Below are positions 26,121 to 40,185 of a stretch of DNA of 64,000 bases, one piece after another (within the stretch, counting starts at the first letter, position 1; each line of letters starts with the position of its first letter). This DNA comes from Octopus sinensis. Lineage: Eukaryota. The DNA lies in NCBI RefSeq assembly GCF_006345805.1, contig NW_021835040.1, positions 1 through 64,000 of the forward strand, in the 5' to 3' direction. The position numbers and the translations under genes are program-made. The notes beneath the pieces are model-generated. The model had not been told where the DNA came from and made no database searches. It worked only from the letters and a program-made list of their open reading frames with translations.

Positions 26121-26320
26121 AAGGCGACGAGCGGGCACTTAGGGCAACATACTTGCGACATTCCGTCCGTCTTCACATTTTAGGTGGAAATTCCGCCGAG
26201 GTTTACTTTCTCTGTCATCAATTTAGGGTCGATAAAGTAAAGTACAGTTTGAACACTGAGATCGATGTAATCGATTTACCCATTCCACCGAACTTGGTGG
26301 CCTTCTGTCAAAATTTGAAA
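26121..26320 (+). mobile_element. Diverged family A SINE with (CAT)n/(ATT)n tail
   Basis: aaggcgacgagc...gaaattccgccgagg...agggtcgataaa...aaaatttgaaatcatcatc. Confidence 0.7.
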
Positions 26321-26526
26321 TCATCATCATCATCATCATCCTCGTCATCATCATCATCATCATCATCATTGTTGTTATTACTATTTTATTATTATTATTA
26401 TTAATATTATTATTATCATTATTGTTAGTGTTAGTATTATTAAGTGAGAGAGCAGTGCATGCCACCAAAGTGACACTGGGGTACAAATATACGAAGCCCA
26501 GTATACCCATCATGCCAACCCGAATG

Positions 26527-26675
26527 AGATGTGATTATTTTCAAGCACTGGAGGTGGTTTATGTTACCACAAGATTTTATCATGGATAAGGTCCAGGTTT
26601 TTGCATATTACCGAGAGAATATATTGTGCTGCTCTATCATGCCCGTTGAGATCTTCTGTAGGCGCAAGACTGCAC

Positions 26676-26676
<1 letters not shown>
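26527..26676 (-). mobile_element. RLE-type (R4/Dong-like) LINE fragment, zinc-knuckle region
   Basis: CSLAPTEDLNGHDRAAQYILSVICKNLDL...W*HKPPPVLENNHIS resembles the C-x-L-A-x-x-E-Y-x-x-RH...W.EHKP..V.EN block that precedes the RLE domain. Confidence 0.75.
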
Positions 26677-26878
<202 letters not shown>

Positions 26879-28290
26879 ACAACGGTGGTATCGGTGATAG
26901 CGCTGTGACTGATGTTGATGACAACGTCATTAGTGATAGTGTTAATGAGAGGAATTGCAAGGCGATTATATTTCAAAGTATTGCCTAAATGATATAACAA
27001 ACGATGATTTATACGTTAGAATAGCAACAACAACAACAACAACAACTGGGTCCTTAAAATAACAAAATAAGGTTAGAAATAGAAACGCTATGATATATTG
27101 AGCAAACGATGCTGGGGAGCAGAGTTTGCTAGCTGGAGTTTAAATAAGAATTATCTAATTCCAGTTTGGAATGTAATGAAATTAGCAACTGCACAGGCTG
27201 TTTGTAGGCGGTCATCCTTCACACATCCACATCTCACACCATACAGCTAAACAATCAGCTTGCCCGTGAGGCAGGAAGACACGGAGCCAGACTGACAACC
27301 AGGCAGGCAAGGTGACATACATACGGCCGAACAGTGATGCCATCAACCAAGATGATTGCTTTTGTATTTCAAACTCACTTATTTCCAACATGTATAATGT
27401 AATGGAAAAACGAAATGTCGTTTAATACTCTACTTCTGATGCTAGCTTTATCTATTCTTGGCACGTCGGACAAGAAATAGCTAAGATCGAGTGTTGTTTG
27501 AATGAATCAAGTTTTTTTTTCTCCATTTGTCTTAACACAGCATTCTACAGAAAGGGTGAATGGAGCTTAAAATCATTTAAAATACTTTGGGTACTTCATC
27601 CTGTTGAATACAAATTCACTCAGTCTCTACCTCCGTTCTATATTCTTCTCTATTCGTAACTCCCCAATACACTCTTGCTTTGGATTCGATCCATGCATTC
27701 CAAATTGACGAAATACTCGTTAGCTTTACACAGGAACCGTTAATTAGATATATATGTGTGCTGTATGAGGTTGTCAGCGTTGAATTCATAGTCTTTGATG
27801 ATTTTTGTTTCATTACAGGCTGTTCGTTGACGAACAGGACCAGAGTCAATGGAACTACAGCCTTTTCTACGCCGTACGTTCAAAGAGTGTTTCCAAATCC
27901 GCATTATTAAATCTATAAACTTTTATTTGGACCAATAATAAGACACAATCTAACTGAAAATATAGCAGACCAACAAAAGTCGAGCAAACGGGCAAAGAAA
28001 TCAACTTACCATCTCGGCTGAAAGCCGCAGAATGAGGTAATATATATACCTGTATCTTGATTTCGAATTCTGAGTTGTTCCCTTAATTCTCCTCAGAAGG
28101 GCTTACTAAATTCGTGGCTGGTCTTTTACGTTTTCATTGACATGGGTTATTTGTGGACGTTGACTGCTATTTCTAGCAAAATGGTAATTCGTGTACTCTC
28201 AATTACAATTATAAAATTCATTGAATAGCCATTTAACAGTATTGTTGCTTGCTGGCCACTAATATTACTCTTATTATTTATTTATATATT

Positions 28291-28292
<2 letters not shown>

Positions 28293-28386
<94 letters not shown>
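28293..28386. repeat. Perfect (AAT)n microsatellite
   Basis: Direct inspection. Confidence 0.95.
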
Positions 28387-28387
<1 letters not shown>

Positions 28388-28528
28388 TCTACATAAATAT
28401 TCATTTGAATGTTTACTCATTTATATGTATATATTTACATATATATGTATATATAAATGCACACAAATGTATACATATCTTTTTATCGATATATTTATCT
28501 ATCCGTCTCTGCCCCCTCTCTCCCTCTC

Positions 28529-28566
<38 letters not shown>

Positions 28567-28851
28567 CATACATACACATACACACATATATATACACACA
28601 CACGACTAGCTTCTAGGTAGTGTTGTCTACGAAACTCATTCATTGGCGATATTGCACCAGGGGCTGCAGGAGAAGTCGCTTCTTGTCTTGTGGCGAAACT
28701 GAAGCGGAAAGTACGTGGTTGCGACGCGAGCTTCTTAAACTCACAGGCGTGACATTTATAATTATACGTAGTGTTTGGTCTTGCCACTGTTAGTAAATTC
28801 AACAATGACTGAAACGTATTCGGCTGATAGCAGACAAGTAAGGCACGGCAG

Positions 28852-29025
28852 GGGATGAGACGATTACATAGAATCCATTATCCAACTGGTAATTATTTTA
28901 TTGATACTGAAAATATGAGAGACAGATTCGACCTCGGCGGAATTTCAACTGAGAAGGTAAAGACGGACGGGATGCCGCTATGCATTCCGCCCGGCCTGAT
29001 ACCGATTCAGCCAGTTCGCCGCCTT
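28852..29025 (-). mobile_element. Family A SINE
   Basis: ttcgacctcggcggaatttcaactgagaa...gccagttcgccgcctt. Confidence 0.75.
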
Positions 29026-29569
29026 CTTAAGCCGTGTGATAATGCAGCGGATCAACAGGGGCGGGTACAGTCCGTAATGAGAATCATCCCCAGATAAGGA
29101 CGTCATTGTATCGGGAAAAGTTTCAGTTGATCTTGTATGACTCTGTGTGTGTGCGTGTGTATGTAACCCCACCTCAACAATAAATGAGCAGTTCCATTCC
29201 CTGTCCCCAATAATAACGATTACCAATTACCTCCCTTTAGATTTTTTTAAAATTCATTCATTCACAAACTTGCTTCCAAGAACATGGACTAAAACTTTCT
29301 ACAGAAAATACGAAAGTACAATAATTTCAATGTCATGATTAGCGAAAGTGAAACCGGTCGACAAACAAATTACGATTTTACTTATAAAATATATTTTAAA
29401 AATAGATTAAAACTATATAAATTGTGGGCATATTCCGTCTTTCATTTTATATATACATTTTTTGCGCGTTACAAATTACCGCATGAGGATAATCGAAATT
29501 TTCTCTTCCTCTCTTTCCTGAATATATATTTATATATAAGCAAGTATAGATCTACGTAATATATTAAAT

Positions 29570-29608
<39 letters not shown>

Positions 29609-29682
29609 AATAGACAAGCTCACTTACATACATACACACACATATATATATATATATGCATATATCTATATCTATATCTATA

Positions 29683-29713
<31 letters not shown>

Positions 29714-30549
29714 GTCTGCCTATTTCTATATAAAACATGTGTCTATGAGTTGCTAAAGTTAGAAGCATGGGAGGAAGAGAAAAATAGACACAGTATGGTA
29801 TTTATCACTTTGGCAATAAACACCTGCAACTAAAGTAAAGGAATTTTAATTCAAGTTGAAATATTAAAGAAGATGTATTAACGGAAATACACAACTTTAT
29901 GTTAAAATGCTTCTGTTACCAAGATCAATATGGCTTCTGGTTTCCATAATTTCTATAGAATGTTATCCATTTTATTCCAGTATTCATGTATTTATGTAGC
30001 GACTGAAGACAGCATAGTGCTTTCGACGCAAATTCCTTGGCTGTTCCTGTGTCATTTTTTTACAGTTGTTAATGTTCTTTCTATTTTTTTAAGTCTCAGA
30101 GTAGTCAAAACTTAAAGAAATATGAATAACGAAGTCTTCCTAATTTTAACTTTATATATTGGACTACCACTATCGTGTTTCTTTCTGTTTTTCTTTTTCT
30201 CGCAAATGCAAAAAAAAAAATAATAAAATAAAGCAACTGATATCCTCTCAGATATAGAGATTTGTCTGGTGTATTTATCGAGTGATAATGTAAGATTACC
30301 GATATCAAGATGGATTTGAGCTAATGCTTCACTTGTAGCTGGTTATCACAGATTCTTCCGTATTTTGTGCATCACGGTTTCCAAAGAGGTTTGGATGTAT
30401 CAGAGTGTACAACTTATTGGAATACGCAGTGTCTGTACTTTCAATCTCACTGTAGTTAAAGGAGACTTTCAGCGAATATGAATGAATAAAGTATTTATAC
30501 TTAACAACAGGTTCATAAGGAATTAACTTCACTATCATAATAACGTAAG

Positions 30550-30558
30550 ATGTATGTG

Positions 30559-30598
<40 letters not shown>

Positions 30599-30758
30599 TA
30601 TATATACATCTCTCATTTTATACGAACATAACTTATAATTCTCTAGTCATTGTGTACGTCGACGCATATGATATGTATATATATATATATAAACATCTCT
30701 CAGTGAGTACGGATATACGTTGTAATTCCGTAATCATTGTGTGCGTCGACGCATATTG

Positions 30759-30802
<44 letters not shown>

Positions 30803-31072
30803 CACATACACATATATGTTTGCATGTTTGAATGTATGTGTGGGAACTAGAAATTTCCCAATCTCTTTCCCGTATGGTGCAACAGGGTGAAAAGACGAAA
30901 AAAAGAGAGAGAAAATGAAGAGCAAAAATGTGCGTAGTCGCGCACACAGAGAGACAAACAGACACGCACAAACACACACGCAAACATACACATACACACG
31001 CACGTGGACAACTATGTAAATTTCGATATTAATACATACCTACATGCATATATACATACATACATACATACA

Positions 31073-31110
<38 letters not shown>

Positions 31111-31118
31111 ATATATAT

Positions 31119-31151
<33 letters not shown>

Positions 31152-31855
31152 GATCTCACGCGCAAATCACAACAGTAATCTTAATTTATACAGAAACACC
31201 CATTATGCAGAAAATATATAAAATAGACCACAAGGAACGCACGCACGCCCACAAAAAGAACACATACACACACATACACACAAACACAAACATATATGTT
31301 CATATTAACACATCTATATATGTATTATATATATAATATATATAATATAGTCCATATAATATATTTATATATATATTTATATATATATATATACATATAT
31401 GTATAAGTGCATGTGCTTGTGCGTATACATGTGGAGGTATTTTTTATGCATTAAATAATAAGCAGATTTGTTGTACAAAAAAGTATTTATGTTCAGTTGC
31501 ACTGTATTTAGTGTTAATTTCAAACATGCAACGGACACTGCAAGAAATGCAACGCAAACGCATAAATACAGTTGCATACTTTCATACTTTAAACGCATTT
31601 GTCCGATATAAGGCCATTGCGTTATGTCCTTACAAATATATACGTAATTAAATACATACACATATACAAAGACACACGCATGTATATATATATATATATA
31701 TATATATATGCGTATACATGCCTACACACAGGAACACAAATACTCACACATATATATATATGAATAGATACATAGATGCACGTAAGGACGCACACGTTTG
31801 TGTATTTACAGAAATACATTTGTTTGTGTGTCTACATATATTTCCATATATACAA

Positions 31856-31902
<47 letters not shown>

Positions 31903-32297
31903 ATATATATAATATAATATAAATATAATATTGGTGTTTGTGTTTGCGTGTATATATACATGTTGCATATATATGTGTGTGTGAGTGTGTGAGTATGTGT
32001 GTTTGTGTAGGATCTATGCAAATAATTATTTACATTTCCTCACGTGGTTTCTCTTTCTCTCTCCCACTCACCCACTTCCAATATATATGTGTCTGTGCGT
32101 CTACGTGCGTCCATATATACACATATGTATATGTACATGAGTATGTATATATATATATGTATACATGTATGTGTGTATACATACATATATATATATTATA
32201 TATATATGTATGTATATATTTATGTGTATAATATATATATAATACATACATACATACATATATATATACATATTTATATACATACATATATATATAT

Positions 32298-32350
<53 letters not shown>

Positions 32351-32863
32351 TTGTACATCCATACATCCAGTGCATGTGGATGTTTGCGCGTGCTGGTGTG
32401 CGTTTGTGTTCGATTGTGTACATGTAAAAGTGCGTGTTTCGGTGTTTGTGTGTGTGTCCGCGTATGTGTCTGTATATATTTCTGTGTGCATGCGTGTGTG
32501 TGCCGTACTCTCAGAGAATCCGTGTACGTGCATATATTGTTATCGATACTGAACGCATCAATAGCGACGGCAAAATTCCTATTGCACCACTAAATAAAAA
32601 GGCGCGCTACAATGCATGTGTAAACATTGATTAAGTCGAATCAATATCTGTTAGCGGCGGCTTGTCACTTTACTTAAGTCTTGAACCATGTGATTTGGCT
32701 CTCTCTAATGAATGCCTGCATTCCTACTGGATACTCATTGCCTTTACTTGAAGATGTAATACTAAATAAATACAAAACATAACATGGCTTAGAGATGTTT
32801 CTTATGTAAACATGCATTACGATCCAACTCACAGATTTACTCACATATCCACATAATCACACA

Positions 32864-32898
<35 letters not shown>

Positions 32899-33210
32899 CG
32901 TAGATGTAGGTTCAGTGCACGCATATCTCATAACATGCACTGTACTTGAATATGTTATATATATATATATATATGGATGTATGTATGTATGTATGTTGGG
33001 TCTATGTATCCGTATAGAAAAATATGTATGTATGCATGAATAGATACATTCATATATGCATGTATATATATATATATATACATGTATATATATATGTATA
33101 CGAATACATATACATATATACATATATAACATTATATGTATATAGTTGTGCATGCATATTTGTATAAATGTGTGTATATATACGTACATACTTAAATACA
33201 TACATACACA

Positions 33211-33264
<54 letters not shown>

Positions 33265-33427
33265 CATATATAGATTATATACGTATATATATACACATAC
33301 ATATGTGTGTGTGTGCTAGTACGTATACGCGTTTTCACATCAGGAATTTTGCAAAACGATGTATATATGTATATATATGTATATACATATGTATATACAT
33401 ATGTATATATGTATGTTATATGTATAA

Positions 33428-33480
<53 letters not shown>

Positions 33481-33545
33481 CACATATATATATATATTCA
33501 TATATATATATATATATAATATATATATATTATGTATATATGTAT
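30550..33545. repeat. ~3-kb compound (TA)n/(CA)n/(TACA)n low-complexity block
   Basis: Direct inspection; source of the many YI/CV/HT-repeat ORFs. Confidence 0.9.
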
Positions 33546-34659
33546 GTACGATTTTGAAAAAGAATGCAGTTTTTTGTCGACGGTGTGGCATGGAATCCTG
33601 TTATTGTTTCTATTGTTTCCAGTCTAAAATCGCTGTTCATCTGATCATTGTTTGAGAATCTGCTTGTGGTATTCCTTACTCGCTTTTTCTATTCTTTTAT
33701 CTATTTTAACTCTCCTTCTCCGCTCCTTCACTCCTTCCTCTCTCTCTTCTCTCTTCTCTCGCTTTCATCTTCCCTTTTATATTCGTATTATACCAACGTA
33801 TCAACACTTTGTATGAACAAAGAGAATGTTTCTTGTTACACTCCGTGTGTTGCTGTACTGGGTACAATTACAATATTACGAATCTTTTAGTAGATTATAC
33901 TGACCCTTAATTATGTAAGAAAGGCGTTCAGAATCACCAGTTCTGTACATTACTCTACTCTCTACTCTGTTACTCAGATAAAGAACCAGTTGTAAAGATA
34001 ACTTATTATTTGTTTTCTTTTTACACCGAAATGGGTTGAACACAAAATTCTCCAAAATGGTTAGTGTTTGACGGAATGAATGAAAAGAAGAATAAATGAA
34101 AAGAAAAATGCGAAACAGAACAAAATATAAATTTGAATGAAAGAAATGAAAAAAAAGAAAAAAGAAAAGAAAACATATTTACACATGTTCGAGAACGTAG
34201 TATAATAAGGTTCCATTATTGTAAACCGTTTTTCTCCCTCCATATTGGCTGCTTGTGTTATTGGTTGATTTTGTTTAGGTTGTTTCTGCTCTTAGCGGCC
34301 ATTACAATTCTAGCCTAAGCCAGCGGGTGGGAGTTGCTGCAGAACGAGTGCCAATACAGCGCCTTTCGTTTTTGTTCCCTGTGATGAAAGATTAGCTGCT
34401 GTCGTTATTGATGTTGGTCTTTTTGTTCCTGTTAGTCATTATATTGGTAGTTTTACCGAATGCGTCAAGTGAGGACAAAGAAAGTGTGGTGTCGTAGATG
34501 GTTCAGTAGTACATTCAAGGTGGGCTTTGCGGTTTTTCCATATATATGAATATGAATTCAAGTGTAATAATGCTTATCACTCAATCTCTTTTCTACTCAT
34601 GATATGTTGCCGATTAACATGACAATCGAACCGAAGCGGTCGTACTAAGCTAGTCTTTA

Positions 34660-34825
34660 TAATTTACTCCCTTCTGTCATTACACTGCGACCATGCTGGG
34701 GCATCACCTTGAATTGCTTTAATCGAACTGTTCGATTTCAGCCCTCATTTTTAGATCTGAAAATTATTCTATTAGTTTCTTTACCGAACCGCTAGGTTAC
34801 GTGAACAAGCACCTGTACTCAAGCA
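34660..34825 (-). mobile_element. Family B SINE 3' part, diverged
   Basis: ctgcgaccatgctggggcatcacctt...accgaaccgctaggttacg. Confidence 0.65.
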
Positions 34826-35409
34826 GATAACATACTAAGATAACATATTCCATAATATTTTTTCCTAGATGCAGAATGGGATTAAAAGGGGTTGGATGCT
34901 ATTTCTAACATATCAGGCAACCGCGTAAAGGATTGACGCTGAAAATGGTCAGCCTTATCACCTACTTAAGTTGTGCTTGGATTCGATCCCAGCATCTGAA
35001 GTTTATGAATCAGTCATACATTTTAGGCCATACTATCTACTTATATTACTTAGACAGTGCCATCAACTAATATTACATGTTAGTTCCAGTTTATAGGTCG
35101 TGGACAAACTTAAGGTCAAAGACAATCCAATAGTGTTTGTCACATCTGTTTCTTTGCTTGAATATCAGAAGGACTCCAAAATCCATCACCTCCTGTGCAC
35201 GGATTTGTGACCAATGTTACCAGCGCGACGTTTTGCTAATGATAGTTTCTGTAAGACATGGCTGTTATTTCTTGCAAATCGAATATCCATGACACAGCGT
35301 TCTCTTTTGTGTTTTGGTGATGACGCTGACGATGATTGTGATTCTCTATTCATTGTATTTGTGGTTGTGATTGCCATCATTCTCATCATTTGTTTTTTTT
35401 ACATCTATG

Positions 35410-35537
35410 TTGATGACGACGATGACGACAACGACTATGATGATAATGATGATGATGATGATGATAATGATGATGATGATGATGATGATGATTGATGATG
35501 ATGATGATGATGTGATGATGATGATAATAATGATGAC

Positions 35538-35570
<33 letters not shown>

Positions 35571-35598
35571 GATGATAATGATGATGATGATGATGATG
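35410..35598. repeat. (GAT)n microsatellite
   Basis: Direct inspection. Confidence 0.95.
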
Positions 35599-36564
35599 GT
35601 GGTGCTGTTCTCATTGTGTGATTATGCTGATGGCTGGCTAAGAACAAAAATTCGAATACATTTGAATGCTGTTAACAGCAAAGAAAGAATTGTAAGAAAA
35701 ATGCCCAACGGAGAAAAAAAAATATATATAAATATATAAAACCAAAAAAAAAAGAACAACACAAAACAAATATAATACACAATCAAAACAAAATCAGACC
35801 TAACAAACAATAAACAAACACTAAAGAGAGAAACGTCCAAATAAATATATACACACAAAACGATGTGCTTAAAAGAATACTTTTATTTAAAACGGAACGT
35901 TCAGCATGCTATTTGTAAATGGGTTGCAGGTAACTCTTTTACAATACGATTTACATCACGGTATTTTTTTGTCTATTCAGTATTAATACACGTGATATTT
36001 TTTCCTTTTTTTTCTTGGTAACTGCTGCAAGAATAGACTAACTGATACTTCCATATCATGTTCAGTTGTATTATCCGCTTAATCAGGGTAAACTAGGTGA
36101 GATAGAATCACAAAGAATTAACAGCATAAATGTTGAATATGTGATGTTCGTTATAGACTTCTTTAAAAAATTTCCTTGAAATATCAAACGTACAGCTTTG
36201 CATATTAATCAGCAATAATAATAAAAAAAATTTACGCTTTGTTATAGGTAAATATAAAACAATGCACGATGTCGTTGTTTGATTCTTCGGAAGACAACGC
36301 CTGAAGATGTAGGAACAAAGCAAATTCCACTTATCGAATAACTTAAATATGCACAGGTAAACATAGGAGGAAAAGCCAAATTTAAAAAATAAAAAAAAAC
36401 AGTTTTTTTCTATTTCTTCTATGTCTCTAGCGACAGAATTTGTTTTAGCATGAATATATGCTATTGACAGAGCCTAATGCGCAGAAATGCGCATTTAACA
36501 TTCCCGCCACAACTGACGATAGCTACTTTATTCTAAAGGTGATTTTATGGCAGTTTATGCCCCT

Positions 36565-36742
36565 CCACACACACACACAATCACTCACACACACACATAC
36601 TCACACACTCAAACACACACACCCACTCGCACACACATACCCACACACTCACACACACACACACTCACTCACACACACACGCACACACACACGCATACTC
36701 ACACACACACTCACACACTCACTCACACACACACACACACAC
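36565..36742. repeat. Degenerate (CA)n microsatellite
   Basis: Direct inspection. Confidence 0.9.
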
Positions 36743-37164
36743 AAGTCGATCAATTATTTTAACATTTCCGATAAAAATCTTCATTCTGTCGTGAACGCGT
36801 GCGTTCTCATTTGTCTTTCCTCCTCCGAGCAGTCTCCATTTAAAACCAATCGTCGGTTGTCCCACTGATACTCAGCTCTTGAATGGCTAACAAATGGAAG
36901 AGTAACAGAAGTGAAAGGATGCCAACGAAAACAGTAAAACTAGAGATACTGAAAACACGCAAGAGAGAAGCAGAGAAAGGGAGAGAGAAACTGACAGACA
37001 GACAGAGAGAGATAATGAGAGAGGAAGAGGACAGTCAGAGAGGAGAGGTAGTGAGAGATAGAGGACAGACAGACAGACAGAGAGGTAGTAAGAGAGGAAG
37101 AGGAAAGACAGACGGAGGTAAATTCCCTCTCCATTTTCTCTTTATTCTTTATATATATATGGTA

Positions 37165-37331
37165 AGTGTGGTACGTAGCTTGCTTACTAAGCAGATAGTT
37201 CTGAGTTCAGTCCTACCGCGTGGCACCTTGGGCAAGTGTTTTCTACCATAGCCTCGGACCGACCAAAGGCTTGTGACTGGATTTCTTAAACTGAAAGTGT
37301 CGAATGACTGAAACATATAAAAGCGTAAAAG

Positions 37332-37332
<1 letters not shown>
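37165..37332 (+). mobile_element. Family B SINE with large internal deletion
   Basis: gagttcagtcctaccgcgtggcaccttgggcaagtgttttctaccatagcctcgg (CORE-like) joined to aatgactgaaac. Confidence 0.8.
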
Positions 37333-37368
<36 letters not shown>

Positions 37369-37401
37369 GAAAGTGAGACAAAGAGAGAGAGAGCTCGATA
37401 T

Positions 37402-37660
<259 letters not shown>

Positions 37661-38554
37661 CTGTACATCTAATTGCTCACGTTATAAATTTTAGCATATT
37701 TATATACTGGTGAAATGCATAAAATCTGGAGCGGATTTTCACACAAAGTTTATCAGAATAATTTCCAAACTTTTGACATTTAATGAAATATTGCTTCTGT
37801 ACATTTTATTTGCTTGCCTCTACATCGCTGCTGCTCTTATCTCTCCGAATTTCTTTCCTTTTAACTTCCCAACCATTCTCTTTCTCTGTATTCTCTTAAC
37901 CAGCTTTCTCTTTCGGTTTCTCTCACTGATTCAATTGTTATGTTTTCTTGTCTTTCTCAACGAAATGTCGAATTGCTATTAATACTTAAGCAACAATGTC
38001 TGACATGCAAAAGCCGGTGTTAACATTCAATTAGAATAACCAATTTCTACAAAGCATTTCCCAAGGAATAAAATTACAAATTCTTGATGAATCGTAATAA
38101 TAGACGAGTGAATTTCGACAGACTCACGCACGCACGCGCACATAAGTATACATACGTACATCCATACATATATACACAAAGATACACGCGCACACACACA
38201 CAGACACACACACATATATATATACATTTGGTGTCATTGCTCTTAATAAAATTGAGATAACTTAAAATTGTACATTTACAGATATACTCGGCGCATATAT
38301 GAATGAATAATTATCTATTGGTAAATATACACTCGTGGCCTGTCAGTAATATTGCACTTGATATATGTAAGTTCGTGTACATACACGAGCTTTGATATAT
38401 GTGTATAAACTTACATAAATACATACATACATATATATATAGTATATACGTATTTATATGTATACATGTATATAATATATTTGTATATATGTATATATAT
38501 ATACAGTATATACGTATATATATGTATACATATATATATATATATAGTATATAC

Positions 38555-38618
<64 letters not shown>

Positions 38619-38650
38619 ACGTAGACGCAGATGTTATTGAAATTATTTTA

Positions 38651-38737
38651 CTTCCGACACATGTTTCGAAGATATCACTGGTATTATTCTAAAGGAATAG
38701 AATGGTGTCAAACAATGTAATCTTCTCTTCGGGGAAG
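38651..38737 (-). ncRNA. Type I hammerhead ribozyme motif with U4C core variant and long stem/loop II
   Basis: CTTCC-CCGAAGA-GAAGAT(46 nt)ATCTTC-GAAAC-ATGT-GTC-GGAAG. Confidence 0.75.
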
Positions 38738-39073
38738 TGAAGAAATGAAACTCGTCAATAAGAAATTTTAACAGAATATGATGGATATGTATAGTGATTA
38801 ACTGGAAGCTATTAAGTTTGATTTTAAAAAAACGTCAAAGGATATAACATCAAATGTAGCCTATAGTATGTGGAGGGACAAAAGGGAGGAAAAAAACCAT
38901 TAAAATGTTAACCGTGTTTACAAGGGGATTTTTTAAAAAAAGAATAAGAAAATAGTTCAGAATTACAGAGAAGACAGCATTCCTTGACTTTATCAAAAGG
39001 TATCGAAATTGAGAGATTCAACATTGTGGTCATTTTGATACCAAATTAATTTACTAAACCCTCTACGTTTATT

Positions 39074-39320
39074 GTTAATTTACGCTAATTAGTACGTTAA
39101 TTTACAAGGCCCTGGCTGATGACAGGCAAGGCTGATCTGGAACCCAACCTAGGCCCCCATACCTACAGCGTTCGCCGCTGGAATAAGGAGTGGTTGGAGA
39201 TCATGCGGTCGTTAGCCTCAAATCACCAGGCCTGGTCGGCGTTTGTGAGAGATGCAGCATTGAGGATGAATGAAGCCAGCTCAACCCACCCCGGGTGAAT
39301 GCTGTCAAGTGATAGTCCTG
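39074..39320 (+). mobile_element. RTE-clade LINE 3' end inserted in PLE 3, 10-bp TSD
   Basis: WLMTGKADLEPNLGPHTYSVRRWNKEWLEIMRSLASNHQAWSAFVRDAALRMNEASSTHPG* (39113-39298); TACGTTTATT at 39064-39073 and 39321-39330. Confidence 0.85.
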
Positions 39321-40142
39321 TACGTTTATTCCTATCCCTAAATGTAGAGTAATGATTAGAAATTCTTTTAGATAACTGAGACGATGAGCTTCCTATATAA
39401 AAAAAATACTTCATTATTAGAAGTAATTCTACACTGGTATATAGAGATTCTAATCCTAGAATTACTAGACAAAAACTTGATTCTGTTGTAATGGACTCCA
39501 GATACAATAACCTTCTTATTAATATTTCTAGGGGGATGGATATTATTAGCTAAATTAAGGTTAGTATTAGTAAATGTATCCCTATTTAACAGGCTAGTAT
39601 TATGCGAAGAGATAATTTGTGAGAGATTTTTGTGTTGGAAAAACAATCGTTACCGTGTATGAGTTCATAATAGAGTAATACCTAGAATTCTTTGGAAAAT
39701 TCCTAATAATAGCTTCACGATACTGCGAAGGAAGATTAGATTTAATTTGCCTCCCATAAGCAATAATTAACAAAATGGTTTTACTATTAGTTACCTTATA
39801 TTTAGTGTAATTATCTGTGAAAGACAGATTTACCTTTAGAACGAAAATAGGGGTTTAAATAAGGGTTATCTTCCTTTCTTTTTACACCATCTTATTCCTT
39901 TGAAATTTTACCTGTGATATCTTTGAAACATGTGTCGGAAGTAAAAGAATTTGAATAACACCTGCGTTTAACTCCATTTATTTATGTATTTATATATATT
40001 ATACACAATATTTCACGTAAGCCCGGAGTTTCTACCTTTAAAGACAAGAAGTTACATCCTTTTTACTTGTGTGATTTTGTCCTACAATGGTAACTTTTTA
40101 TCTATTTTTCCATGTTAATTGTTATCAAGGGAAATATACACA

Positions 40143-40185
<43 letters not shown>

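Larger units (their letters stand above)
38615..39977 (-). mobile_element. Decayed Penelope-like element 3: linker + GIY-YIG, 3' terminal repeat with hammerhead, inverted terminal-repeat fragment at the 5' end
   Basis: Minus frames give AYGRQIKSNLPSQYREAIIRNFPKNSRYYSIMN, NLSQIISSHN, SIYQCRITSNNEVFF/YIGSSSSQLSKRISNHYSTFRDRNKR, SKLIWY, KECCLLCNSE. 38615-38710 and 39881-39977 are inverted homologues. Confidence 0.85.

Noticed and set aside
35175-35245. Candidate terminal exon (E)GLQNPSPPVHGFVTNVTSATFC*
   Set aside because: Good acceptor but nothing else supports it.
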